DNA of 33,576 nucleotides from a bacterium UBP12_UBA5184 (GCA_002413145.1 DHWK01000034.1:5732-39307); one strand, 5' to 3'. Counted from the stretch's first letter, positions 22,506 through 32,031 are shown. Made by a program: numbers and translations. The notes: a model not told the origin generated them from the sequence alone.

Positions 22506-23276
22506 ATGCTCTTCGACAGCCACGCGCACGTCCACGACCCGAAGTTCGACGTCGACCGCGCAGCCACGCTCGCGCGCGCCGAAAAGGCCGGGGTGCGGCG
22601 CATCGTGACGGTCGGGTGCGACCTCGCCGACAGCCGCCGGGCGCTCGAGCTCGCCCATCAGTTTAGCTTGAGCGCTTCGATCGGGATCCATCCGCATGAG
22701 GCGAAGGAGGCTCCCGCCAACCTCGCGGCTGCCTTCGGCGCGCTGCGCGCCGTCGCGCCGGCGGCGCCCGTCGCGGTCGGCGAGACCGGACTCGACTACT
22801 ACTACGATCACAGCCCCCGCGACGTCCAGCGCGCGGTCTTCGTCGCCCAAATCCGTTACGCCCGAGAGCAAGGGCTGCCGCTTATCTTTCACCAGCGGGA
22901 CGCCTATGCCGACTTCGTGGCGATCCTGCGCGACGAGTTCGAGCCGCCGCTGCGCGGCATCGTTCACTGCTTCACCGGCGACGCGGCGCAGGCGCGGACG
23001 TTGGTCGACGAGTTCGGACTGACGCTGGGGATCGGCGGCGTCGTTACCTTCAAGAGTGCGCAGGCGTTACGCGAAGCGGTCCTCGCCGTCGGGCTCGATC
23101 GCGTGGTGCTCGAAACCGACTGCCCGTATCTCGCGCCCGAGCCGTACCGCGGACGGCGCAACGAGCCGGCCTTCGTCGCCGCGACGGCGGCGCGGCTCGC
23201 CGAACTCTTCGAGAGGCGGCCCGAAGAGATCGCCGCTCGCACGACCGCCAACGCCGAGACCATCTTCGGACCGTAA
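22506..23276 (+). CDS. tatD: TatD-family metal-dependent hydrolase/DNase
   Basis: MLFDSHAHV...GIHPHEA...VGETGLDYYY...PLIFHQRDA...GIVHCFTG...LETDCPYLAP are the conserved TatD/YcfH motifs. Confidence 0.9.
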   Translation: MLFDSHAHVHDPKFDVDRAATLARAEKAGVRRIVTVGCDLADSRRALELAHQFSLSASIGIHPHEAKEAPANLAAAFGALRAVAPAAPVAVGETGLDYYYDHSPRDVQRAVFVAQIRYAREQGLPLIFHQRDAYADFVAILRDEFEPPLRGIVHCFTGDAAQARTLVDEFGLTLGIGGVVTFKSAQALREAVLAVGLDRVVLETDCPYLAPEPYRGRRNEPAFVAATAARLAELFERRPEEIAARTTANAETIFGP

Positions 23277-23306
23277 CCGCGGAATCTGAGACGGGGCTGA
23301 GAATCG

Positions 23307-24320
23307 TTACACCGCCGACCAATCCCGTTCGAAGCGCGCTCGCAGCGCTCCGGCGACGGCCGGATCGTTCGTGCGCATCCCCCAGTCGAGCGTCCAGCCC
23401 TGGCCGGCGGTTGCGTTCGCCGAGCCGAGCCAGACCCCGGCACCGGCGACGCAAAACTTCCCGTCCGCGCGCGACCGTTCGACTTCGACGCCGGCCGCCC
23501 GCAACGCCGCGAGCGTCGCGTTGGCCGCGCGCGGCGCCGCGCGCTCCGCGAGCGCGCCGCCGTTGAGGATGAGTCGCATGTTCTTCTCGCCGCGCCGCGC
23601 TCGCTCGAGCAGCGCATCGCTGACGCACGAGACACCGAAGGACTCGGTCTCGCACTCGATCGCGGCGCCCGGCGCCGCCTCTCGGATCAGCGCGGCCTCG
23701 AGCGCGAGCGCGTGGTCCTTGCGTAGCGCGAGGTCGGCGGTATCGTAGGGTTTTCGTTCGATGGCGGATTCGATCGCCGCGGCGTCGGCGACGTCGGGGG
23801 TCGTCACGAAGGTCTCATCTTTCGCCCAATTGCGTTGCGCGAGGTAGGCGCGACCGTCGACCAGCGCGGCTTTTAAATGAAGAGGCGCGGAGTGCTCGTC
23901 GCTGAGTTGGGCGTCGACGTGATGCCGCTCGAGCGCCGCAACGGTATCGGCGTTGGCCTGCTGCAGCGCGTCGCGACGTCGCGGGTCGGGGAGCCAGGGC
24001 GCGCGTTCGAGCGTCACGCGGACGTCGCAGCCCCGATCGCCGGCCGCTTCGAGCGCGGCGACGACGGGGTTGCTCCTTTGAAGTTGCCACGAGCTCAATT
24101 CGACGCGCCGGGCGCGACCGATGGCGCCGATCAAATCGGAGCGGGTCGCAAAACCGATCACGGCGCCGGCCGGCGTTGCAGCCAGTCGAAACCGGCGCCC
24201 AGCAGCTTCTGCAGCGCGGCGCCTAGCGGCGTCCGCGCCGGAGCCGCCGGCGCCTCGCGGTCGGTCGAAAAGATCGCTATCGGGATCATCGATTTGCTCC
24301 TTTTTGCGGCAAGTCGCCAC
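23307..24320 (-). CDS. Phospholipase D-like (HKD superfamily) two-repeat protein with degenerate motifs
   Basis: Repeat 1 reads LHLKAALVDGRAYLAQRNW: HxKxxxxD is intact but GSxN is replaced by QRN. Repeat 2 reads ADGKFCVAGAGVWLGSANAT: GSAN is intact but the His and Asp positions are D and G. The N-terminal start is uncertain. Confidence 0.55.
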   Translation of the reverse strand: MATCRKKEQIDDPDSDLFDRPRGAGGSGADAARRRAAEAAGRRFRLAATPAGAVIGFATRSDLIGAIGRARRVELSSWQLQRSNPVVAALEAAGDRGCDVRVTLERAPWLPDPRRRDALQQANADTVAALERHHVDAQLSDEHSAPLHLKAALVDGRAYLAQRNWAKDETFVTTPDVADAAAIESAIERKPYDTADLALRKDHALALEAALIREAAPGAAIECETESFGVSCVSDALLERARRGEKNMRLILNGGALAERAAPRAANATLAALRAAGVEVERSRADGKFCVAGAGVWLGSANATAGQGWTLDWGMRTNDPAVAGALRARFERDWSAV

Positions 24321-24401
24321 GCCGTCAGATCACGCCGGCGGACCCGGCCGCCAAGAGGGAGCCGGAAACCGAGCGCGCCAGCCTGAAGCCAGCCTGAGCT
24401 C

Positions 24402-25097
24402 ATGCAAAAATCCGTCTTCGTCCGCGAGATGTTCGCCGAAATCGCGCCGCGCTACGACCGGGCCAATCGCGTTCTGACCGCGGGCGTCGACGAGCGCTGG
24501 CGCGGGCGAGCGATTCGCGAGCTGGCGGCCGCTCCCGGTAGCCGCATCCTCGACCTGTGCTGCGGCACCGGCGATCTGACGTTCGGCCTAGTGCGGCGCG
24601 ACCCGACCCTCCAGGTCACCGGAATCGACTTCTGCGCCCCGATGCTCGACGCCGCGCACGCGCGCGCGAAAAAAGTCGCGTCGGGCGCCGACCTCCGCTT
24701 CGTCGAGGGCGACGTCATGGCGTTGCCCTTCGAAGACGCCTCATTCGACGGCGCGATCATGGGTTTCTCGATGCGCAACGTCGTCGACATCGTCGCGACC
24801 TTGCGTGAGGCGCGCCGCGCCTTACGACCCGGAGCGCGCCTGGTGAACCTTGACGTCACGCGCGCGCCCAACCCGCTCTTCCGACGTGCCTTCGAGCTCT
24901 ATTTCTACCGAATCGTTCCACTCGTCGGCGGGATCGTCGGCGGCTCGAAAAGCGCGTATCGCTACCTGCCGAGTTCGCTCGTCAATTTTCCGGATGCCGA
25001 CGGTTTGTCCGAGCGCTTCGGCCTCGCGGGATTCAAGGACGTTCGGTACCTGCGGATGGGCGTCGGCGCGATCGCGATCCACGTAGGCGTCGCATGA
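24402..25097 (+). CDS. ubiE: Demethylmenaquinone/ubiquinone C-methyltransferase UbiE/MenG
   Basis: VREMFAEIAPRYDRANRVLTAGVDERWR...ILDLCCGTGDL...MGFSMRNV...YRYLPSS are the UbiE/MenG signature blocks. Confidence 0.9.
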   Translation: MQKSVFVREMFAEIAPRYDRANRVLTAGVDERWRGRAIRELAAAPGSRILDLCCGTGDLTFGLVRRDPTLQVTGIDFCAPMLDAAHARAKKVASGADLRFVEGDVMALPFEDASFDGAIMGFSMRNVVDIVATLREARRALRPGARLVNLDVTRAPNPLFRRAFELYFYRIVPLVGGIVGGSKSAYRYLPSSLVNFPDADGLSERFGLAGFKDVRYLRMGVGAIAIHVGVA

Positions 25098-26098
25098 TCG
25101 GGACGCGCGGCACGCGCGCCGAGTCGGACGACCGCGATCTCTCGGCGCTGGTCGAGGAATTCTTCCGCACGACCTTTGCGACCGACAATCTGCTCATCAC
25201 CGAGGCGGTACGCCGTATGCTCGCCGCCGGCGGAAAGCGGCTGCGCCCGCGTCTAACGCTGCTCGCCGCCGAAGCGAACGGGGCCGACCCGCGCGAGCAC
25301 CTTGCCCTGGCCGCATACATGGAACTCATTCACGTCGGCACGCTCATTCACGACGACGTCGTCGATCGTGCCGACACGCGGCGCGGCGTGAACGCGACCG
25401 CGATCGACTACGGCAACCGCGTCAGCGTCCTCGCCGGCGACTATCTGTTCGCCTGGATCTTCAAGAACGTAACCGCGAACTATCCGGCGCCAGTCCCGCA
25501 TATCCTCAGTTCGACGCTCGCCGCTATCACCGACGGCGAGGTCTTGCAGCTGCGCGCGCTCGGCGACCTCGACCTTCCGCTTTCACAGTACCTCGAGGTC
25601 GTCGTCAAGAAGACGGCTAGCCTCTTCTCCGCCTCCGCCGAGTGCGGCGCGATCATGGCCGGAGCGGAGTCCTCGCGCGTGAAGGCCCTGCGCGATTTCG
25701 GCCGCCACTTCGGCATCGCATTTCAGATGCTCGACGATCTGCTCGACGTGACGGCCGACGAAAGCGAGATCGGCAAGCCCGTCGGCAACGACCTGCGCGA
25801 GCGCAAGATCACGATCCCGCTCATCCTCGCCCTCGAAGACGGTAGCCGCGAAGTCCGTGGCGAGATCGAACGCTACTATCGAACCGGGCCGGAGCAAGGC
25901 GAGCGCCCCGCCGAGCTGCGCCGCCTCAGCGAGCTCATCCTGGCCGCCGGCGGCGCGCGCAAAACGCGGGAGGCGATCGCGGACTACGTCGAGCGGGCGA
26001 AGTCCGCGCTCGCTCCGCTCGGAGCGACGCCGGCTCGGCTAGAGCTCGCCGCCCTCGCCGACGGCTTGGCGCGGGACAGCGTCGCCAGGACGCGGTAA
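25094..26098 (+). CDS. Long-chain trans-polyprenyl diphosphate synthase (HepT/IspB-like)
   Basis: GKRLRP, LIHVGTLIHDDVVDRADTRRG (first DDxxD) and FQMLDDLLDV (second DDxxD). The ATG overlaps the ubiE stop (ATGA). Confidence 0.9.
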   Translation: MIGTRGTRAESDDRDLSALVEEFFRTTFATDNLLITEAVRRMLAAGGKRLRPRLTLLAAEANGADPREHLALAAYMELIHVGTLIHDDVVDRADTRRGVNATAIDYGNRVSVLAGDYLFAWIFKNVTANYPAPVPHILSSTLAAITDGEVLQLRALGDLDLPLSQYLEVVVKKTASLFSASAECGAIMAGAESSRVKALRDFGRHFGIAFQMLDDLLDVTADESEIGKPVGNDLRERKITIPLILALEDGSREVRGEIERYYRTGPEQGERPAELRRLSELILAAGGARKTREAIADYVERAKSALAPLGATPARLELAALADGLARDSVARTR

Positions 26099-26180
26099 GA
26101 TGAAAACCGGCCTTTTTGGGGCCGGCCGCGGCGAGCCGTCTTCGCCGCCGGATCAGGGTGAAAGGTAACGACGAAATCAG

Positions 26181-26492
26181 ATGTTTGGTGGTTGGGAACC
26201 GGCGATGTACGTAGGACTGCTCGGCGGCTACGAATGGGTGATCCTCGTCGGAGCGGCGATCGTGCTCTTCGGCGGATCGAAGATTCGCGACGTCGCGCGC
26301 GGCCTCGGAGCCGCAAAGAAAGAGTTCCAGGTCGGGCAGGCGGAGGCCGAGGTCGCGGCCGAACGAGCCCGCGCTCAGGCGCGCGCGCAGGCCGAAGCTG
26401 AGGCGGCGGCCCGAGACGCCGAGGCCGCGAAGCCCGACGCCGCACAAGGAACGTCGAGCGCCGCGCCGAGCTCCACGCCGCCGGTCCCCTAG
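26181..26492 (+). CDS. tatA: Twin-arginine translocase subunit TatA/E
   Basis: GGYEWVILVGAAIVLFGGSKIRDVARGLGAAKKEFQ is a TM followed by the amphipathic-helix TatA pattern. The tail is Ala/Glu-rich. An alternative ATG lies at 26205. Confidence 0.8.
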   Translation: MFGGWEPAMYVGLLGGYEWVILVGAAIVLFGGSKIRDVARGLGAAKKEFQVGQAEAEVAAERARAQARAQAEAEAAARDAEAAKPDAAQGTSSAAPSSTPPVP

Positions 26493-26497
26493 CGCCC

Positions 26498-27280
26498 TTG
26501 TTGGCCGAGAAGCCGCCGGAGCTCGACGGAAAGCGCGAGTCGTCCTGGGATCAGAAAGAGATGCCGTTTACGGAGCACCTGCGGGAGCTCCGTAACCGTC
26601 TCATGATTGCGTCCATCACCGTCGGCGTGCTGGCGGCGGCGTTGTTTTGGCCCGCCAAATTCATCATCATCTGGATGAAAAACGAGTATCTGGGAAAAGC
26701 GGTGCAGCTCCACGCCTTCGCCCCAACCGACGTGCTGTTCACTGAATTCAAGTTCTCGCTGTACGGCGCGATCGTGCTGGGTTTGCCGGTCATCGTCTAT
26801 CAGGCGTGGATGTTCATCGTGCCGGCGTTTCATCCGCGTACGCGCCGCATCGTCTACGTCTACACCGCGCCTTCGCTCTTGCTCGCCGCCGCCGGCATCT
26901 TGTTCTGCCACTACTTCATCATTCACAAGGTCCTGACGGCGTTGCTCGCGATCACCGAGAGCGTCGCCACGGAGACCTTCGGCGTCGCCGCGACGCTGAA
27001 CATCATTCTGCTCCTGTTCCTGGCGTTCGCGCTCGTCTTTCAAACGCCGACGGTGCTGGTCGCCCTGGCCCGAATCGGCGTCATCAACGTCGCGATGCTG
27101 CGCAAATACCGGCGCTACGCCGGTATGGGCATCCTCGTCGCCAGCGGCATCGCCGCCCCCGACGCCTCGCCGGTGACGATGATGCTGATCGCGGTGCCGA
27201 TGTACGTCCTCTACGAAGCGAGCATCTGGATTATCATCCTGCTCGAGAAGTCGTGGCGCCGCGACGCCGAACGCGCGTAA
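26498..27280 (+). CDS. tatC: Twin-arginine translocase subunit TatC
   Basis: MPFTEHLRELRNRL followed by six TMs typical of TatC. The start is the TTG at 26498 or the ATG at 26561. Confidence 0.9.
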   Translation: MLAEKPPELDGKRESSWDQKEMPFTEHLRELRNRLMIASITVGVLAAALFWPAKFIIIWMKNEYLGKAVQLHAFAPTDVLFTEFKFSLYGAIVLGLPVIVYQAWMFIVPAFHPRTRRIVYVYTAPSLLLAAAGILFCHYFIIHKVLTALLAITESVATETFGVAATLNIILLLFLAFALVFQTPTVLVALARIGVINVAMLRKYRRYAGMGILVASGIAAPDASPVTMMLIAVPMYVLYEASIWIIILLEKSWRRDAERA

Positions 27281-27290
27281 GGGGCGCCTG

Positions 27291-28691
27291 ATGACGATGA
27301 CGACCGCTTCGAAGGTTGAACCGCTGGGGCTGCGCGGCTGGCTCGACGACCAATTCGGCGACCTCCTCTGGCAGCTCTCGAACTTTTGGTTCGGGATGAC
27401 GCTGCTCGGATTCTGGGGGTTCATGACGCTGCTCGGCGTCGTGATCGACCAGGGCAAGGATCCGGCGACGTACTTCGAGACCTTTCCGGCGCCGCTCGCG
27501 CGCCTCGTCCTGCGGCTGCACCTCGACAACATCTATCACGGCACGGCGTACGTCGCGCTGGTCGGATTTATCATCGCCTGCATGACGCTCGCGACTTTCA
27601 AACGGGTGATTCCGGCCCGTCTGCCGCCGCTGCACCCGGTGAAGATCGAGAAGGTGCCGCTCAACGCCTCGCTCGATCTGCCCGGCGATGCGGCGAGCGT
27701 CCGCGAGCGCGTCGCGTCGTTCTTGCGCGAAAAGGGGTACTTGGTGCGCAAACGCGAGCTGGGCGGCACCGTATGGACCTTCGCCGACAAGCACAACTGG
27801 GCGCGGCGCGGCGTCCTGATCGCGCACCTCGGTTTCGTCATCGTCGCGATCGGGACGACGCTGTACTGGGCTTGGGGTTACAGCGGCGAGACGGCGATCG
27901 TCTCGGGAACCGCCCAAACCATCCGTGAAAATGGGACGCAGCTGAAACTCGATCGATTCGCGTACGAGTTCCAGCCGATTCGCACGCGCAACGGCCTGGT
28001 CTATCAACCGCTCGATTACGTCTCATACCTCCAGGTCGCGCCGCGCGGCGGGACGCCGCACGCGGCCGTCCTGCGCGTGAACGAGCCCCTCAATGTCGAT
28101 GGGACGTTGTACTACCAGGCGTCCTACGGCGCCGCGCTCTCGCTCGGCTTGAGCAAGGCCGGCCGGCCGGCGGAGAGTGCGCGGGCGATGCTGCTGCCGG
28201 GCGAAAGCTTCCCGATCGGCACGACGACGCGTTCGATTCGCTACGAGCGCTTCGTCGGGACGATCGAGAAAAACGGCGCGATCGGGGCCGACCCGCGACC
28301 GAACAACCCCGGCGCCATCCTCTCGGTCCTCGACGGCGACCAGCTCATCGGGCGCGCGCTCGTCCCGATCGGCGGCGACCTCGCTCTGGGCAACGGATAT
28401 CGCGTCGCGGCGACGCGCTACGCCTTCTTCAGCGGCATTCAATATCGGCACGATCCGGGGATCCCGTTCGTCGCGCTCGGCGCGTTCGTGCTCTTGAGCG
28501 GGCTCGTGATCTCATTCCACTTCCTCCCCGCTCGGCTCTACGTGCGCGTCGACCAAACGCCCGGCGGCTCGCGCGTCTCGCTGGCCGCGACGACGGTCAA
28601 GGGCTTCGAGATTTTCGAAGAACAGTTTGCGGAGCTCGTCGAGACGCTCGGGCGAGGCCTGGGGATTCCGTTCGAGAACTCGCCGGGGTAG
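27291..28691 (+). CDS. resB: System II cytochrome c biogenesis protein ResB/Ccs1
   Basis: N-terminal TMs (FWFGMTLLGFWGFMTLLGVVIDQG), ARRGVLIAHLGFVIVAIG, a large periplasmic domain and a C-terminal TM. It lies directly upstream of ccsA. Confidence 0.85.
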   Translation: MTMTTASKVEPLGLRGWLDDQFGDLLWQLSNFWFGMTLLGFWGFMTLLGVVIDQGKDPATYFETFPAPLARLVLRLHLDNIYHGTAYVALVGFIIACMTLATFKRVIPARLPPLHPVKIEKVPLNASLDLPGDAASVRERVASFLREKGYLVRKRELGGTVWTFADKHNWARRGVLIAHLGFVIVAIGTTLYWAWGYSGETAIVSGTAQTIRENGTQLKLDRFAYEFQPIRTRNGLVYQPLDYVSYLQVAPRGGTPHAAVLRVNEPLNVDGTLYYQASYGAALSLGLSKAGRPAESARAMLLPGESFPIGTTTRSIRYERFVGTIEKNGAIGADPRPNNPGAILSVLDGDQLIGRALVPIGGDLALGNGYRVAATRYAFFSGIQYRHDPGIPFVALGAFVLLSGLVISFHFLPARLYVRVDQTPGGSRVSLAATTVKGFEIFEEQFAELVETLGRGLGIPFENSPG

Positions 28692-28714
28692 ACGCTGACA
28701 ACCCGGAGCCCAAC

Positions 28715-29662
28715 ATGTCTTTCGATCAAGAAATCATCCTCGTCGCCATCTCGGCCTACATCGTCGGGACGCTAGCCCTCCTTAATTTCTTGCTGACCCG
28801 CAGCGAAATTGCCAAACGCATCGGCGTCCCGTTGGCGGTGCTGGGATGTGCCGCCCAATTCTACGAGCTCGCGTATCGCGGCACGACGACGCACATTTGG
28901 CCGCTAACGAACCTCTACGGCTCGCTGACGCTGTTTGCCGCGATGAGCGTCTTGATCTTCTTGGGATTCGCGTTTCGTTACCAGCTCTGGTTCATGGGCG
29001 GCTTCGTCCTCGGGCTGGCGGCCTGCTTCAGCGCGTACTCGCTGACCTGGGACGTCGGGTACCTTCCCGCCGTGCCGGCGCTGCAATCGTACTGGATCAA
29101 GATTCACGTTCCGCTGGTCATCTCGGCGTATGCGTCGTTTCTGGTAGCCTTCGTTTCGTCGCTCCTCTATCTCATCAAGTTCTACGGCGAACGGGCACTC
29201 GCAGCCGAAAGCGTCTCGTTGCAGCCGGCGACCGCCGGCGGCCCGGCGCTCGGGTCGGCGCGCCCGCGGGCGATCATCGTCGGCGACGCACCGAATCTCG
29301 AGCGCGCAGCGGCCGGCGGAAATACGCTCGCACTGTGGCTCGCGACCCTGCCGACGCTCCCGACGCTCGACATCATCACGTACCGCATCGTCGCACTCGG
29401 CTTACCGCTGCTCTCGCTCGGCATCATCACCGGTGCGTGGTGGGCCAAGGAAGCCTGGGGCGCCTATTGGCAGTGGGACCCGAAGGAGACGGCCGCGCTT
29501 TTCTCCTGGGTGATCTACCTGCTCTACCTGCACCTGCACACGCGCAATACGTGGCGGGGGCTCAACTGCGCGTGGCTCGCCGCGCTCGGATTCATCTCGA
29601 TCATCTTCTGCTACCTCGGCGTCAACATCTGGGTCAGCGGCCTCCACTCCTACAAGACCTAG
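28715..29662 (+). CDS. ccsA: System II cytochrome c biogenesis protein CcsA/ResC (heme handling, WWD motif)
   Basis: WAKEAWGAYWQWDPKETAAL is the Trp-rich WWD motif. Conserved His residues are present and the protein is polytopic. Confidence 0.9.
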   Translation: MSFDQEIILVAISAYIVGTLALLNFLLTRSEIAKRIGVPLAVLGCAAQFYELAYRGTTTHIWPLTNLYGSLTLFAAMSVLIFLGFAFRYQLWFMGGFVLGLAACFSAYSLTWDVGYLPAVPALQSYWIKIHVPLVISAYASFLVAFVSSLLYLIKFYGERALAAESVSLQPATAGGPALGSARPRAIIVGDAPNLERAAAGGNTLALWLATLPTLPTLDIITYRIVALGLPLLSLGIITGAWWAKEAWGAYWQWDPKETAALFSWVIYLLYLHLHTRNTWRGLNCAWLAALGFISIIFCYLGVNIWVSGLHSYKT

Positions 29663-29715
29663 CCCCGCCCGCTCAGAGCAACCTCCGCCCGCGGCGTGCG
29701 GTTGAAAGGGGCGAC

Positions 29716-31206
29716 GTGACCATCGCCGCCCCTTCTCGTCCGCTCGAATCGTTACGCATCGGCCCCGGCATCTCGGCGCTCGGCGAGCGCTTCGTCGAAC
29801 GGCGCGATCCGACGCCGCTCCCCGAACCGTATCTCATCGCCTTCAACCCCGCGGTCGCCGCGCTGCTCGGCGTCGACGCGAGCGAAGCGGAGCGTCCGGA
29901 ATTTCTCCGGCTGGCGAGCGGCGGCGCTCGCTTCGATCCGGTTCCATCCTACGCGACGGTCTATGCGGGCCACCAGTTCGGCGCGTACGTGACGCAGCTC
30001 GGAGACGGCCGAGCGCTCGGCCTCGGCGAGGTCGTCGCGCCGAGCGGAGAGCGTTACGAATGGCAGCTCAAGGGCGCCGGTTCGACCGCCTTTTCGCGTT
30101 TTGGCGACGGCCGCGCGGTTCTGCGTTCGACGATCCGCGAGTACCTCGCGAGCGAGGCGCTGCACCATCTCGGCATCCCGACGACGCGCGCGCTCGCAAT
30201 CGCCGGCAGCGACTACCCGGTGATGCGCGAGACGGTCGAAACGGCCGCCGTGCTCTCGCGCCTCGCGCCGACGCACCTTCGCTTCGGCTCGTTCGAATAT
30301 TTTCATTACCGGAGGCTAAACCCCGAACTCAAAATCCTCGCCGATTACACGATCGAGAATTTTTTCTCACAATTCATCGCTCACCCCGAATCCGAACGCT
30401 ACGCGCTTTTCTTGCGCGAGGTCGTCGAGCGGACCGCCCGCCTGATCGCGCACTGGCAAGCCGTCGGGTTTGCGCACGGCGTCCTCAACACCGACAACAT
30501 GTCGATCCTCGGTCAGACGCTCGACTACGGACCGTATGGGTTCGTCGAGACCTTCGATCCCGGCTTCATCTGCAACCATAGCGACGAGATGGGCCGCTAT
30601 GCATTCGGACGCCAGCCGGCCATCGGGCTGTGGAATTGCCGCGCGCTCGCGCAGGCCTTCGAGTCGTTGCTCGACGAATCGTCGCGCCAAGCGGCCCTGG
30701 CGGCGTACGAGCCGGAGTTCGAGCGAGCCTACGCCGCGGCGATGCGCGCCAAACTCGGCCTGCGAGACGAACGGGACGGCGATCTCGCGCTGATCGAGGA
30801 TTTGCTTGCCCTCCTGGAACGCGGCCGCGCCGACTACACGCGCGCCTTCCGCGCACTTTCACGCGTGGGTAGCGTGCCGGGTGTCGGCGACGAAGCCCTG
30901 GCCGCGACCTTCGCCGACCCGGCGGGCTTGGCGCCCTGGCTGCTCGCCTATCGCGAGCGGCTTGCCGCCGAAGCGCACGACGATTCCGCGCGGCAGGCCG
31001 CGATGCTGGGGCAGAATCCGAAGTTCGTCCTGCGCAATCACCTCGCGCAAGGCGCGATCGCCGCGGCGCAAGCGCGCGATTATTCCGAGATCGCGCGGCT
31101 CGAGGGGATTCTGCGCCGGCCCTTCGACGAGGACGCCGGCGACGAACGCGACGCCCAACCGGCGCCGCAGGGAACGACGCCGATCGAAGTCAGCTGCTCT
31201 AGCTGA
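29716..31206 (+). CDS. selO: Protein adenylyl/UMPyl-transferase SelO (YdiU, UPF0061)
   Basis: From the GTG at 29716 (GAAAGGGG RBS upstream): YAGHQFGAYVTQLGDGRALGLGE...WQLKGAGSTAFSRFGDGRAVLRSTIREYLASEALHHLGIPTTRAL...NTDNMSILGQTLDYGPYGF. The first 870 nt of the 786-aa track ORF are an out-of-frame overlap with ccsA. Confidence 0.9.
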   Translation: MTIAAPSRPLESLRIGPGISALGERFVERRDPTPLPEPYLIAFNPAVAALLGVDASEAERPEFLRLASGGARFDPVPSYATVYAGHQFGAYVTQLGDGRALGLGEVVAPSGERYEWQLKGAGSTAFSRFGDGRAVLRSTIREYLASEALHHLGIPTTRALAIAGSDYPVMRETVETAAVLSRLAPTHLRFGSFEYFHYRRLNPELKILADYTIENFFSQFIAHPESERYALFLREVVERTARLIAHWQAVGFAHGVLNTDNMSILGQTLDYGPYGFVETFDPGFICNHSDEMGRYAFGRQPAIGLWNCRALAQAFESLLDESSRQAALAAYEPEFERAYAAAMRAKLGLRDERDGDLALIEDLLALLERGRADYTRAFRALSRVGSVPGVGDEALAATFADPAGLAPWLLAYRERLAAEAHDDSARQAAMLGQNPKFVLRNHLAQGAIAAAQARDYSEIARLEGILRRPFDEDAGDERDAQPAPQGTTPIEVSCSS

Positions 31207-31357
31207 GCGCGGGCGCCGCGCGCTACCGGCCACCAGGGGCGCCGAAGAGCCCCGCCCAAGCGCGCCAGACCAAAGTGGCTGAGTTTCCCGACGGACCCTG
31301 CTACGCTGTGGTCGCCGCTCCGCGGCATTTCGCAGGACCGAAGGAGGGACCGCAAGG

Positions 31358-32014
31358 ATGACCGCTCACGCGCAGGCGTATCGAGACCCGGGAACCCCGG
31401 AAGAGCAGTCAAGGCGACAGTTTCTGGCCAACGCGACGCTAGCCATCGGCGGGGTGATCGGTCTGGTCGTCGCCGTCCCGTGTGCGGTCTCGCTGATCCC
31501 CGAGTCGCTGCTCAAACCCAACGCCGCCGGCGGACCCGTCTGGACGCCGCTCTCGGCCGCCGAGATGAAAGCCCTCGAGAGCAGCACCGCCGGGCCGGTG
31601 AAAATCAACATCAATTTTACGTACCAGGATGGTTATCTGCCGCCCGCCGGCGACACGCAATTTGTGTGGGGCGTAAAGCTGAGGCCGGAGCAAGTCGCCA
31701 ACTTTCAAAAGACCCGGCCCGACCTCTTCAGGCCGGCGTCGAAAGTGAACTACCCCGCGATCACGCTGAACTTCGTGCTCTTCAGCTCGATCTGTCCGCA
31801 CCTCGGCTGTAAGTTCAATTGGGATGCCGGCGCGAAGCGCTTCATTTGCCCGTGCCACGGCTCGGAGTTCAACGGCGAAGGCGCGAAGCTCGCCGGACCT
31901 GCGCCGCGCGGTCTCGACCCGCTGCCCTTCCGCGAGCAGGACGGTAAAGCCGAAGTCACTTGGATCCAGTACAAGTCGCAGACGCCAGACCGCATTATCG
32001 TCGCTTACAGCTGA
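31358..32014 (+). CDS. Rieske 2Fe-2S subunit of a cytochrome bc-type complex (Tat-exported)
   Basis: Tat motif SRRQFLANATLAIGG. Rieske boxes CPHLGC and CPCHGS are present. A GAAGGAGGGA RBS lies upstream. Confidence 0.9.
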   Translation: MTAHAQAYRDPGTPEEQSRRQFLANATLAIGGVIGLVVAVPCAVSLIPESLLKPNAAGGPVWTPLSAAEMKALESSTAGPVKININFTYQDGYLPPAGDTQFVWGVKLRPEQVANFQKTRPDLFRPASKVNYPAITLNFVLFSSICPHLGCKFNWDAGAKRFICPCHGSEFNGEGAKLAGPAPRGLDPLPFREQDGKAEVTWIQYKSQTPDRIIVAYS

Positions 32015-32031
32015 GCGGGAGCAAGAGCAGC

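Noticed and set aside
21609-22967. 452-aa minus-strand ORF antisense to the GT2 and tatD genes
   Set aside because: The opposite strand carries two genes with unambiguous family motifs. This frame has none.
26107-26125. CCGGCC-TTTTTGG-GGCCGG hairpin just after the prenyl synthase stop, considered as a terminator
   Set aside because: The stem is only 6 bp and has no T-run on the + strand. The T-run lies on the minus strand, where nothing is transcribed toward it. Too weak to call.
26489-27532. 347-aa minus-strand ORF antisense to tatC and resB
   Set aside because: It is a shadow ORF. tatC and resB are strongly supported on the + strand.
28846-29715. N-terminal 290 codons of the 786-aa track ORF that ends as selO
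   Set aside because: This part overlaps ccsA out of frame and is Arg-rich and low in complexity. SelO homology begins only after the GTG at 29716, which has its own RBS.
31207-31221. GCGCGG-GCG-CCGCGC hairpin immediately after the selO stop
   Set aside because: The GC-rich stem is 6 bp with a 3-nt loop and no U-tract. Such structures arise by chance in this composition, so it was not called as a terminator.
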